64,000 bases of DNA from Laetmonice hystrix (taxonomy: Eukaryota). Position numbers and translations under genes: made by a program. A model generated the notes under the pieces. That model was not told the origin of the DNA and searched no databases. It worked only from the letters and a program-made list of their open reading frames with translations. Below are positions 39,704-52,011 of the stretch, one piece after another; positions within the stretch are counted from its first letter, which is position 1, and each line of letters starts with the position of its first letter. The DNA lies in contig OZ249436.1 in assembly GCA_965235115.1 (NCBI GenBank), forward strand, positions 4,280,001 through 4,344,000, read 5' to 3'.

Positions 39704-40475
39704 TATGGACCCAGCGTACACACTGTAATCATGTAGGATAATGTTATACGATGTCTTGATGGTCACACTGTAAGTCTATATACTCACCCACATCCAACAT
39801 GTATGGACCCAGTGTACACACTGTAATCATGTAGGATACTTTTATACGATGTCTTGACGGTCACACTGTAAGTCTATATACTCACCCACATCCAACATGT
39901 ATGGACCCAGCGTACACACTGTAATCATGTAGGATAATTTTATACGATGTCTTGACGGTCACACTGTAAGTCTACCCACCCACATCCAACATGTATGGAC
40001 CCAGCGTACACACTGTAATCATGTAGGATAATTTTATACGATGTCTTGACGGTCACACTGTAAGTCTACCCACCCACATCCAACATGTATGGACCCAGCG
40101 TACACACTGTAATCATGTAGGATAATTTTATACGAGGGGCAATGTCTTGACGGTCACACTGTAAGTCTACTCACCCACATCCAACATGTATGGACCCAGC
40201 GTACACAGTGTAATCATGTAGGATAATTTTATACCAGGGGCAATGTCTTGATGGTCACACTGTAAGTCTACTCACCCACATCCAACATGTATGGACCCAG
40301 CGTACACACTGTAATCATGTAGGATAATTTTATACGATGTCTTGACGGTCACACTGTAAGTCTACCCACCCACATCCAACATGTATGGACCCAGCGTACA
40401 CACTGTAATCATGTAGGATAATTTTATACAAGGGTCAATGTCTTGATGGTCAAACTGTATACCCACATCCAACAT
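39704..40475. repeat. Minisatellite, ~94-102 bp unit, ~8 copies
   Basis: Unit TATGGACCCAGCGTACACACTGTAATCATGTAGGATAATTTTATACGATGTCTTGACGGTCACACTGTAAGTCTACCCACCCACATCCAACATG. Confidence 0.93.
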
Positions 40476-42244
40476 GTGCACCCACCCAACATCAACACAT
40501 TGGTAGACAAATATATGAAAACAAACAGTGCATGTATAGGATAGGACTCTATACTTATGGCAGGTATATACAGACAGCATAGAAAAATACATTGAGTGCA
40601 TAGAGTGTGCAACACTCCATTCATATACGGTTGTGTACGTATACATTCATACATTATACAGGATAAAGCATGGAGGTGGGTCGATACCTCCGTCCAGCAA
40701 TATGATATTATATGTCCTTGGTCTCCCCTCCCCCTAGTAATATCTGACTGCGTACGGCCTATAGCCCCTACAGATAATAATGCCCATATAATGAGCAGAG
40801 AGCAGGCCTATGGTGCCCGTCCCGGACCTGTGAGAAAGCCGGTGAATGTATACTTGTCATCTCCTGCATACAGTCACAAATCCAACATGACACGCCATTG
40901 ATGGCTCTTCATGTGTCCCCGGTAACTTTGGAGTCTCAAGGATGGACTCTAAGAAAGCCTTCTATTCTCGTCTAGTCTGGGGACCCTCCGCTCCCGGTGG
41001 GTCGGTATTAACCCCACCCCCACCCCCTCACCCGTCCCCGGTCGGTATAGTGGCGGTGGGCCCCGGGAGAGGGTAAGTTATGGTGGAGAGGGTGGAGAGT
41101 GAATGGGACCCCGAGGGTAAGGATTCCGGCTGAGCGAGCCCGTACAAGGCCCCAGCGGCACGCCCGGTCCACGGCCCCCCTCTGCCCGGTCGTACAGTCC
41201 GCGCCCACACTCGCTACATCCTTTATACTAACACAAAGCCGATCGCCGCCGTCAATGACCAGCCAGGCCACCATAAAGCCCAGGCCCCTGGCCCAGTGTA
41301 GCAGGCGACCATTTGTTCGTCTGGGCTGTCACTCTGGACTATCACTTCTCTACTTACATCCACGTTTGGTCTGCAATCCGCTTAAACATCCTTTCAGGCC
41401 GTGTCTGCCCGCCATCAGTTCGACTCAGGGATTGATTAGCATAGCAGGGACCACGGACCCGGGCTGGGACAGGGTGGGAAGCCGGCCGGGGGGACGGGAG
41501 GGCCGGTGACGGTGCGGGGTGGGGGAGGGGGAGTGCCGGGGGACGGGAGGGCCGGTCACGGTCCGAGGTGGGGCAGGGTGAAGGCCGGGTCGGGGAGGGT
41601 CGGTCCGGTCACAGGTGATGCGCCCCGCCGGTCGCGTGTCTGGCACACTCGGCCTGTTAAGGGGACCACTGCTCGCATGGAGCCGGTCTACCTCTGATAC
41701 TGCCTGTCATCACTAGCCTATACTAGACCTATGTATGCCGATACAGTGTAGACCTAGTAATAATATAACTAAGGATGGATATATTTGCTGGGTCTGTTAC
41801 TGCAGTCCTGAAATGAATGACATGATAATGAAAGTAAACAACCTGCAGGGAGCTCATGTACGAACCCTTTTATAATCGTTTTCTAACTTCTCGGTCAGTC
41901 ATTATTTAGACTTCTACGTCTTATAGGGTGGGGGGGGGGGGGTGTAATATAATACGTGTATATTATATGTATCGTTATATATGTTTCCATGAGAACAACG
42001 CCGCAATCCTATAATACAAAAATAATGAATTTAATCTGAAACTATAGTGATATTGTTCCTCTACATACGCGTTGGTTATAAAAGTTAACAGTGGACCACT
42101 AAGGTTTACTGTAACAGTGAACCACTAACGTTTACTGTAACAGTGGATGGAGAGCGAGGGGGCTGGGGGAGGGGGTGTGGTGGGGCAAAGGGCTGAAAGT
42201 CACGTATAAATATAACTGAAATAACCATAAATATATATATACTC

Positions 42245-42290
42245 CAAGACACAGCAAATTCATTGTAAAATAATCGGTGTTTTATTTAGA
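42245..42290 (-). terminator. Candidate neurogenin polyadenylation signal (AATAAA plus downstream GU-rich element)
   Basis: Plus-strand TTTATT at 42281-42286 reads AATAAA on the minus strand. It is followed ~25 nt downstream by TTTGCTGTGTCTTGG (reverse complement of 42244-42258), at the end of an AT-rich UTR-like stretch. This implies a 3' UTR of ~1.3 kb. Confidence 0.55.
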
Positions 42291-42903
42291 CAATAAAACA
42301 GCAACGTCCTTTGTACAGGCCAATCTGGTGATCATTGATTTTGTGGCACAAAATTATGTACATGTCAGTGCCATTGGTAATATACACGTGTATAATAAAT
42401 AATATCTAATTACAAATATATAGATATAACAATCTCTGTATACAGTGGATGGCACCAAGTGCAACATCCATTACACGTCGTATGTACTCGGTTTTCAAGT
42501 GGTCGTCAATTTGTGTTGATGAACATGGTATTTCATGTGTAACATTGAGGAGACATGGAACGATGTAATATAGAATAAATGGAAGGAGATCAGACATCTG
42601 AACCGTATACTCTCAATGTACAATAATATAAAAATACAACTCTTATATAAACTCTGATACAATCATGTATGTCCATCGTATATTGGATCCACTCTAGGTG
42701 TACTTTGTGAGGTGTTATGGTGGTGTTTGTGTGTCAGGTACACTGAGGATGAAATGGTCACCGTTCTAACACTCACCATGAGAACAATGTATCTGGGGCC
42801 GAGGGTTGGGTTGTAGTGACCTGTCACTGTGAACACCAACCACACGACAACCAGGATTCTTGTCTGTCGTGCTGACACGCATGCATGTCCGTCTCTTCGT
42901 GTC

Positions 42904-42962
42904 AGTGTATAACATATCGGTGTGAGTGTATAACATATCGGTGTGAGTGTATAACACATCGG
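42904..42962. repeat. Short ~21 bp tandem repeat (x3) inside the predicted neurogenin 3' UTR
   Basis: AGTGTATAACATATCGGTGTG repeated. Confidence 0.8.
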
Positions 42963-43562
42963 AGCGTCTGTAGGTGACTCATATAATACTATATACAATT
43001 GGATGATTTACTTACAGTGACAATGAATCAGTGCCTTGCACTGTCTGTAGTATATGAGGTCTGTATATACAATGTCTCTGAGCCTTACCGCTCCGGAGCG
43101 GGGTCACGACCCCTGGCTGAGTGTCTCTTGGTATATACGTTGATGACGAACACCATTGTGTAGGGGTTTTCTCAGTGTATATATCCCTGCGTTCCCGTCT
43201 GTAATGTCTGGGTACAGTCCGTCCCCGCTAACGGTCTCCTCACCAGTGGGGGCCGGGCAGTCTTTGTGAGCCCCGACCACCGGGTGGGCGAGCCCGACAA
43301 TGCCGCCACCACTGTCCCGTTGGCCCGGCGGTATACGCTGCGGTCTCTGGGCCGGCTCCCGGTGAGCGACGACCCGTATACCCGCGGGCGACCGACCGAC
43401 CGGCCGGCCTCCCGCCCGCCCGCCGACCGACACGGCCGCTGAGCCTTGCCTGGCCACCATCACGTTTAACACCATGTATTAATGGCCAGGTGGTGTTTTC
43501 CTTGAGAATACAGTCTCCAGTCACCTTGGGAGTTTCCACCCGTGGGCGAGCTCTGTGATCGT

Positions 43563-44540
43563 TCAAGACATGAGGCTTTGTATTCCCCGGACGTACGTGT
43601 CAAATACATCAGAGTTGTCTGTGTAAGAAACGGACCCGTCTTGTTGGACTCCTGTCATTGAGAAGGTGGAGGGAGATCCCCACTGCTCCGGGTACGGGGA
43701 GGAGCGGACACTGGGTCCCATGGAGGCCGGGGGTGGCGGGCACTGCCCGGGGTATGACGTACCTGTCGAGGGTGAGGCGCCGTGCAGAGTTGAGAGCAGA
43801 GAGTTAGTGCCACCAAAGATACTGTTCTCCAACCCACTGCTAATGGCTCCAGTCTGCGACGACAGCTGCGCTAACGTATTCGCCATTGATGTCATCTGGG
43901 CGTTCTGCTCAGCTGTCATAGGACAACCGTTGTTCTGCTGTTTCATCATCTGTTCCTGCATGTCCAACATCTTCAGCGTCTCCGACAGCGCCCAGATGTA
44001 GTTGTTGGCGAAGCGCAGGGTCTCGATCTTAGTTAGTTTAGCGTCCTCGTTATTGGTTGGTAGCACCTCTCTGAGCGTGTCCAGGGCACTGTTCAAACTG
44101 TGCATCCTGTTCCGCTCGCGATCGTTGGCCTTCATCCGTCTGGTTTTCTTCAGTTTCATCACCAGAGCTGGGCTCTTGGCTCTGCTGCGAGACTTGGAGT
44201 ACCGTCTTTTCTTGGGCGTCGTCTCAGCATCGTCCTTGGTGAGGTTGTTGTTGTCGGCATCGCTTGTTGTGCCGTCAGATACTCGCCGCTTGCCCGCGCC
44301 GCCTCTTTGTTTGCTGACCGTGTCGAGAGAGGTGAGTTCGTCGTCGTCGTCAGAGGCACACGACGAGTTACTTCGGTCGTCACCGAGCATGCTACATGAG
44401 TCGCCCTCGTACGTGGTGGCTGTCGGCGACAGGAGGGTAGATGGGGATGACAACCCCGCGTCTCTGCTCACCACCGAGTCGTTACAACTCTCCGGCGAGC
44501 TGAGACCGTTTGAAGAAGGACTGAACACTTCGGACTTCAT
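43563..44540 (-). CDS. neurog: Neurogenin-family (atonal-related) proneural bHLH transcription factor, single coding exon, 325 aa
   Basis: Uninterrupted ATG-to-TGA ORF containing [56 protein letters not shown] (approx. 43974-44141). This matches the neurogenin/tap bHLH signature ([21 protein letters not shown]...[19 protein letters not shown]). It is preceded by a basic [15 protein letters not shown] stretch and has Ser/Pro-rich termini. An intronless CDS is typical of neurogenins. Confidence 0.96.
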   Translation of the reverse strand: MKSEVFSPSSNGLSSPESCNDSVVSRDAGLSSPSTLLSPTATTYEGDSCSMLGDDRSNSSCASDDDDELTSLDTVSKQRGGAGKRRVSDGTTSDADNNNLTKDDAETTPKKRRYSKSRSRAKSPALVMKLKKTRRMKANDRERNRMHSLNSALDTLREVLPTNNEDAKLTKIETLRFANNYIWALSETLKMLDMQEQMMKQQNNGCPMTAEQNAQMTSMANTLAQLSSQTGAISSGLENSIFGGTNSLLSTLHGASPSTGTSYPGQCPPPPASMGPSVRSSPYPEQWGSPSTFSMTGVQQDGSVSYTDNSDVFDTYVRGIQSLMS

Positions 44541-44629
44541 GCTGACGGTGTGTTGTCAAGTTGGTAGAGTTGAAGTCGCGTGGATGTCGTGTGTCGGCGT
44601 GTCGTTTTTAGCCGTGATGTGTGCTCGCT

Positions 44630-44800
44630 TTGCTCGTGTGTACACGTCTACCTGGGACACAGGCACGAGCCCGCTTTTTATGGCCACCTCGCGCCCCGTG
44701 ACCGCCAACCAATGAAAGCCGAGCTCAGGGTGAGAGTCAGTCATGCATGGAGCGAGGCCCGGGGTGAGGGGTGGGGTGGGGTGGGTGGGTGGGGGTTAAT
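44630..44800 (-). promoter_or_regulatory. Candidate neurogenin core promoter (TATA-like box, CCAAT box, N-boxes, G-rich tract)
   Basis: Minus-strand CATAAAAA at 44675-44682, ~135 bp upstream of the ATG. CCAAT at 44709-44713. CACGAG N-boxes at 44664-44669 (+) and 44633-44638 (-). G-run cluster at 44761-44796. The TSS is inferred near 44650, not observed. Confidence 0.6.
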
Positions 44801-45486
44801 AAGAGGGGCACGGGAGCGTGAACGAGTGGCGCCCGTAATGAGGGGGGCCCGTGATGGGGGCAGGGTAAAGTGTCGGGGTGGGGTATTTCACCCACCTGCC
44901 CTCCACCATGCGTCTTAAGTGTACCACATCACTCACCACCAGAACAGGGGTGACAAGTACTATCAGAAAATCTTTGACATTTCTTTATTAGAAGAATGCC
45001 GAGTATCGCCGCCATATAGCGTTAATTTTCATATACTACTCACACTTGAAATCGACGCTCGCAATATGCAAACGTTAACTAAATCAGAATGCAGGCTTTA
45101 TGAAATATGACTTCACACATTGTAGTTAAAAGTAATCACATGAATACTGTTTATATCGGACAGAATAAGGGCACCATACTGTCAGATACAGTAAATCACA
45201 AAATAACCCTATACCTGGGGTGTTCTATCTCCGTTAAGATTATATGTAACCATTACTAGGCCAGTTACTGTCATACAAGTATAGCAATCTATGTATTCAT
45301 TCATCCTCTTGGTATTCCGCTGTGTGTCAGTGAGTGGCCGTGATTTCGGTGGGCGTGAGGGTGAAGGTAGGGTACCAACCCCTTTCAGTGCCCCCATGCC
45401 CCCGTGCCCCCGGTCCCTCGGCTGGTGTCGGGGGGGGGGGGGTAAGCCACGCGCTGTGACTCGCACACCGCCAATCAGCGTTCGAG

Positions 45487-45576
45487 GCGCGTGCGTAACC
45501 CGCCGACATGCACGCGTGCGTAACCCGCCGACATGCACGCGTGCGTAACCCGCCGACATGCACGCGTGCGTGGGAA
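45487..45576. promoter_or_regulatory. 25 bp tandem repeat (x3.3) of palindromic HES class-C sites ending in a CSL/Su(H) site
   Basis: (GCGTAACCCGCCGACATGCACGCGT)n contains GCACGCGTGC three times, followed by CGTGGGAA at 45569-45576. Lies ~0.9 kb upstream of the neurogenin promoter. The repeat is certain; the regulatory role is inferred. Confidence 0.5.
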
Positions 45577-45724
45577 GTCAGTGATTACCAGTGTCAACAG
45601 AAAACTCGGATAGCAACAAAACTTGGCCAGCGTCGGCAAGTGTCAGTAGACGGAAATAGGAATCTGTCAGACAAATGGACAGGGCATATGTCTGTCTGAA
45701 CGGGGTATGTGTCCCAGAACTGAC

Positions 45725-45833
45725 AGCGGGACCTGCAAACTACTGCTGCTATAGCGGGACCTGCAAACTACTGCTGCTATAGCGGGACCTGCAAACTGCT
45801 GCTGCTATAGCGAGACCTGCAAACCGCTGCTGC
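45725..45833. repeat. 28 bp tandem repeat, ~4 copies
   Basis: AGCGGGACCTGCAAACTACTGCTGCTAT. Confidence 0.88.
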
Positions 45834-46012
45834 GTTAGTTTACAGGTCGTCCGAAAGTTAAATCAAAGTAGGTTAGTTAGGAACGCTACAGGTGAACACG
45901 TCTGGTTTCAAGTGTACATCTTACAAAATCAACTCTATAAAATATTTCTATACTTTGATGTTATGTCGTTTCGACTCCAAGGATGAAACCACGGACCGTG
46001 ACCGTGATATAG

Positions 46013-46471
46013 ACCTTAGGATACACAGATACCAAGTCTCCCTTTACCTTAGGATACACAGATACCAAGTCTCCCTTTACCTTAGGATACACAGATACCA
46101 AGTCTCCCTTTACCTTAGGATACACAGATACCAAGTCTCCCTTTACCTTAGGATACACAGATACCAAGTCTCCCTTAACCTTAGGATACACAGATACCAA
46201 GTCTCCCTTTACCTTAGGTTACACAGATACCAAGTCTCCCTTTACCTAAGGATACACAGATACCAAGTCTCCCTTTACCTTAGGTTACACAGATACCAAG
46301 TCTCCCTTTACCTTAGGATACACAGATACCAAGTCTCCCTTTACCTTAGGATACACAGATACCAAGTCCCCCTTTACCTTAGGATACACAGATACCAAGT
46401 CTCCCTTTACCTTAGGATACACAGATACCAAGTCTCCCTTTACCTTCGGATACACAGATACCAAGTCTCCC
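46013..46471. repeat. Minisatellite, 33 bp unit, 14 copies
   Basis: Unit ACCTTAGGATACACAGATACCAAGTCTCCCTTT. Confidence 0.95.
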
Positions 46472-49263
46472 ATTAATTCACCTACAAACCTTGCATTCAG
46501 ACTGGTGCACAGCTTACTGAACACCTGGAGGACAGTTATTCTTGTTCATGTTCTCATGGTAGAAAACTTTTGCAATGTTCCGGGGCAGTGGCACACTATG
46601 GATGGGGGGGGGGGGTTAAACTCGTACACCTGAGATAAATCTATGCATCTCGACCGATACACAGCAGAAAGTTGAGAGTTTGTTGAAGTTTTGTTTTGCT
46701 GCCCACGGAGCGACAGGTTCACATATTTGGTCGGTTAAATGTTGCCTGTTATCAATGGTTTGATTCAACCCCTCGTCCACCTGTGTATATAGGTAGGCCT
46801 ACCTATCGTTACGGCTAGCGACAGGCTCAGCCCTCACTTCACCAACGACCTGGGCCTGAGAGACAGCACTGCCGCCTGGTGGGATATAGCGACATCGTTC
46901 AGCCACTCTGGCCTTCTCTTGGCATGGGTCGAGTTAGTAGGTCGCAGGAGGACGTTTGGTATGACAATTATACATGTCATCCTTCTAGTAGTTTGTCAGA
47001 ATTTACATTACTGAACACTTTTCATATCCTTCTAATTCTGTTTTTATTTGGAAGCGTGCGCAGCCCAAATAAGAAAGTGGAAACTGAGTTTACATTCACT
47101 GATGCATGGGGTATATTTTTATATGATTTATGTGATTTATAAAAATCACAGTTCTTATTTTCTTACAAGACATCATTGACCAGATTAAAATGGAAAGTGT
47201 CAGTGAAGACCAGTAATCCCATTCTGACGTTTTGATACTTTAGTGTAATCGATTCCACTTATACTGCCCTAATCCGTGGCGGATCTGTCAAACAAGAATA
47301 AACAAGTCATGTAGTATACTACCATGTAACTCCCAGACATCTGGTTGTATACTAAAAGTCAAACAGGAACAAACACGTGATGTAGTATACTACCGTGTAA
47401 CAGTTTTACACTACGTCTGGCTGACCCAGACAGTACACAGCAGTCTGTGGCCATTAACACACCGGACCACGATCAAGACGTCGTCGTCTCGAGTGCTAAC
47501 ATAACTCCCTGTCCCGAGGGTTGTATGACAGAGGAAGGCCCCATTCACAGGTCTACCATCTGCCATCGGGACAGGTCTGACAATCAGGCTTCCTTACTTA
47601 TACCCGTCATATATGACCTCAGTGGACTGAGAAAGTGGTATACGAAGATATTCATCACGGTATGAACAAAAACATTGCGAGAAGAAATATTTTGCTGGTA
47701 AGACAAGAATTGAAGTATTAAAAAGAGTCAGTTTATATTTTGCACCATTGAAGGTCGCAGTAGAAAATGTTTTAGCACAAAGCGCGGATTTGTCACTGAT
47801 GGGCCTGTCTGAGGTGGTTCACTCACACTGTGTTATAGCATGCAGGTGTTCCCCACGCAACACTGGCTTTATCAGCAGCGCGCATGCGTTAGAAAAAGTT
47901 ACCTGCTAAAAAAGTGCGCGCGCGTTCAAAAGTTTGAGAAAGTTTCCGAGTTGGCTGTGAAGTGAAAGCGGCGTGTATTCCCACTGACAGACATCTCGAC
48001 ACCTGATTCTCAACTTTACTGCTTACATTCTCCTAACTGACAAATTTACAGCCAACCTGGGTTCTGTGTTGACTTAGAAAGTTGACTAGAACTACAAGGC
48101 GCGCCATGAGAAGGCCTTGTGGAGCGGCTGTGTTACTGTAAGCCAACTCCCTGTTTCCAGGACAACAGTCTTTTCTGGACAAAAAGCACCTGTTTCTAGA
48201 AAAAGCTAATAAACCTCCAGGTCTTTCATCTGTATTAAATTCTATGGGTATAATTGGCGGCACTTTGAGATTTTATTAATCAGGTGCAGGGTCCGTCTTT
48301 TGCAAGTTCACCTGCCTCTTGGAATCATTGTTCTAACCTGACTTGCCTTACACACAGACGCCCAGCTCTTGATAATTTTTCAGAGACGTACGTACAGACG
48401 CTGATGTATTTACAATTCAATATTTTCATGTGATAACAATCGAAGCAAATAGAGGGTGACTTTTTTCCACAGCCTCTGGGGCTTTGTGTTCGGCGTTAAT
48501 AATCTACACACGCTTATTACTTGATCTGCGGGTCTCTGAATCATACTAAAAACAGCTTTCAACGTTTGTTTCCCTCAGAAAGTGTCATTATCCGCCCTTC
48601 TGAAGTGCGCTTTATGCAGGCCAAAGTGTTGATTCTTCCTTCTAGGCTTCAGCACTGCCATCTGTTGAGATACAACTAGCTTTGCGGTCTGGCGGAGAAA
48701 AATGAGAAAGGACGTAAAAAAAGAGGCCAACAAATGAAAACATCTATGTTTTAATTGATCTCCTAAAACCGAGAGAGATTAAAGAAAGCGTGGACGTTTT
48801 ATTTCTCTGCTTGACATGTGTCACGTGACATGAGGAATAGCGGAGGTACGCCTCGGTCGGTCGTTCGCCTACACGTCGCGTGGCGCTTGCTCGGATTGCC
48901 GGTCTGAGCATGCGCAGTAAGTGTGACGTGAAAACCGACCCAGCGTTCAACCCACGTCCCGTCATCCAAACACCATATGCCGACATCGTGCACGTCGCCT
49001 ACCGACCAAACCTTTTACTTTCAAACAGTGTTGTCATCACTCAATGACGATCATGGTTGATAGTTTCTCCAATATAGGACTTGCACCTTACAATTTCCTG
49101 ATTTCCATATATCATTATTATTCACAAGTCTGAAGATAATGATAAAAATTTGAATATATAGCTTCATTTATAACGGTATTGGTATTATAATCTCAACATC
49201 GCTGTGTTTTCTTCATGTCACTTTACTCTGAATTCTTCATGATCCTAAGAGAATGGCGATGGA

Positions 49264-49739
49264 GAAACACATGTGATACTGGTGACGGGGAGGGGAGAGA
49301 CTCCAGACTGAAACCTCTCACATGATGACAAGGGAGTGTTCGTGAAACACATGTGATACTGGTGACGGGGAGGGGAGAGACTCCAGACTGAAACCTCTCA
49401 CATGATGACAAGGGAGTGTTCGTGAAACACATGTGATACTGGTGACGGGGAGGGAGACTCCAGACTGAAACCTCTCACATGATGACAAGGGAGTTTTTAT
49501 GAAACACATGTGATACTGGTGACGGGGAGGGGGGAGACTCCAGACTGAAACCTCTCGCATGATGACAAGGGAGTGTTCGTGAAACACATGTGATACTGGT
49601 GACGGGGAGGGGGGAGACTCCAGACTGAAACCTCTCGCATGATGACAAGGGAGTGTTCGTGAAACACATGTGATACTGGTGACGGGGAGGGAGACTCCAG
49701 ACTGAAACCTCTCACATGATGACAAGGGAGTTTTCGTGA
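49264..49739. repeat. Minisatellite, ~77-80 bp unit, 6 copies
   Basis: Unit GAAACACATGTGATACTGGTGACGGGGAGGGGAGAGACTCCAGACTGAAACCTCTCACATGATGACAAGGGAGTGTTCGT. Confidence 0.94.
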
Positions 49740-50449
49740 TTTGTGATGTCGGGGCCCTCATAACTCAATGTTATGTCATCTGTGGGGCCAAACACCCTCT
49801 ATGAAAACACCCTACTTGAAGAACTTAATAAATGGGCATGTCGTGTTTACAGAATGATGCCTTACATCCAGAAATGTCCTGTATCTCCTTGACATTTGCT
49901 CTCTCCCTCGAAACGTCCCATAGCTGTGGAGGTTTCTAGGGCAGGCCAGATTTCACGGCAGACTCCGTAAACTGAGTGAGACGTATTGGACAATGAGAGT
50001 TGCCAAGGATGAACTAATGGTCTCATTAACTTCAAAGCCAAGGAAGCCGATGAGTTTGATAACCGATCACAATGACCAAAGCTTGTTAGTGCTGCCGTAA
50101 AGTGCTTTAGTCAGACGCGGCATTCAACAGGCGTTCATGTTGGTCTGTGGGTGTTGATTGCAACTCATCTCTCGCAAGCCGTCCAGTCAGGCGAGGCTCT
50201 GTGTGCCGCATCAAAGAGCCCGGCCGTCAGACGGGGGTGATGGTTGCAATGATGCGTGCCCGCCGCATCCCATCCAGCCTGTCCGCATCAGGCGCTACGA
50301 CAGGGAGCGAGGCGTCAGGCACCAGTGGCCATCCACCGGCGCGATCACTTTGAAGTCAGCCAGGTAACGCTAGGTATGTATTGTTTCACTTTCATCTCGG
50401 GGCGGGGCAGTCAACCGTGAAGTGTCATCAGTTCCATATAATTATCAAT

Positions 50450-51719
50450 AGACCATTTTCCGAACTACTACTAGCGCCACCTACAAGCTCCCTAGCGACG
50501 CCAAAGTCGGTGCAAGCGCACTGCGTTGCTAGCGCTTGGGCAATAGCGAACAACGAAGAAAGGGGTGTTGAGCAAATCTGGGATTTTGAGTTTCTCCGTG
50601 TCAATATGAGCAGTTCGGGGTGGCCAGATTAATAAAACAATGGGGGTGATACGATACAGTCAGTTGGAATCTCGGTAACAGGCAAAAATAAGTTTTAATC
50701 GTGGTGTGAAGTTGAACGGTTGGAACTTTGACTTGAGCGATATTAGCAACATCGAGACACCTGACAGTCGAAAACATTTCGATACTGACCATTAATGCCA
50801 GGTAACAAGCACTGTTGGTATGGAACATGTGCAAGTCACAGTAAATATGGGGCAGGAAACAGTAAATCAAGGCCATCCATGGATGATGTCAGTTTTTTTT
50901 ACCTTCCCCGGACCCGTGCGACAGAGAGGAGGGCTATACAACCCGTAGATCTCTACCCTATGTAGAATTCCCCCCATACATGTGTAAAACTATCGTAATA
51001 GGCCCTAAAAATATTTGCCCGTCTAAATCTCCCGCAATGTGTAAAAATTCTGCCCGTATGTAAAAAATCTTCGTTCTCCCAGTATGTAACATTCTGCCTA
51101 TATGCTATGTAAAATTGATTTTTACCCGTATAGGCTAATATATGTATGTAAAATATCTCCCCTTCAAAGTAAAAAGTAAAAAAATTAGGCTACTGACGAA
51201 TAGGCCTATAGCCTACCTAAAATTGAGAAATCAACAGCTGGTTCCTGCCTCAATAAAAATACATTTTAAATTAATAAACTAATAATTTGTTTTGGTCATG
51301 ATTGCATGCCGCAAACGAAAAGCTCCTGGTGAACGGCTACCCCTTGGCCTTGCACCTAAACAAGCGCCCCGGCCACCCGCGGCGCTTGACCCCCGGCAGA
51401 CCAGTCAGCCGGACCGTGTATGTCAGCTAGGCTGCTGTCGATCGGCAGTTCGAGTTCCGAAACACAACTTGATAACTCTACCAGTGACGCTTTATTATAC
51501 CCAGAAATAGTCACACCGCGTTCTTGGAGGGATGATTGTAGTCGGGGGCCGGTCCAAGTTTCGAAATATTCTATTTTGCAAGGTTTTGTGAGCAGTTCAA
51601 AATTAGCTCTCTCGAGTGATTGTCCATAGGTTAACTATGGCGGACATCGGTCGTCAACTAGGCGCTTGCACCGAGTTTCAAAACGAGGCAGCATAGCAAC
51701 CGGCAACGGAAAACGGTCT
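50450..51719. mobile_element. Non-autonomous TIR DNA transposon, ~1.27 kb (PIF/Harbinger-ISL2EU-like, tentative)
   Basis: TIRs AGACCATTTTCCG (50450-50462) / CGGAAAACGGTCT (51707-51719), 1 mismatch. Subterminal inverted repeat AAAGTCGGTGCAAGCGC (50503-50519) / GCGCTTGCACCGAGTTT (51662-51678). Flanks CAAT|...|ATTG fit an AT duplication (or TA if the boundary is shifted by one). No transposase ORF. Confidence 0.7.
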
Positions 51720-52011
51720 ATTGTGTTGGCGCGCTCTGGCAAGGCAAGCTCCGCCGCCAACTCGCTATAGAGTCTTTGCGTGTCTTTTGTCCTACTGGAC
51801 ACGGTGATGTTATAATGTCGACAATCAGAGCTAACTAATTCAAAGGCGTAACCCACTAATGCAGTATTTGCTCTAATTGCATTATAATTGTGCGTACGGA
51901 TTGCTTTGGCTTTACGGTACGGGGTGTACCTGCTGGCTGCAGCGTGGGACCACTCACCGGATGCCATGGTCGAACAGTCTGATTGACGGCAATGAGATCA
52001 GGCTACAGGGA

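Noticed and set aside
44002..44715. 237 aa plus-strand ORF
   Set aside because: Antisense shadow of the GC-rich neurogenin CDS, with no recognisable domain.
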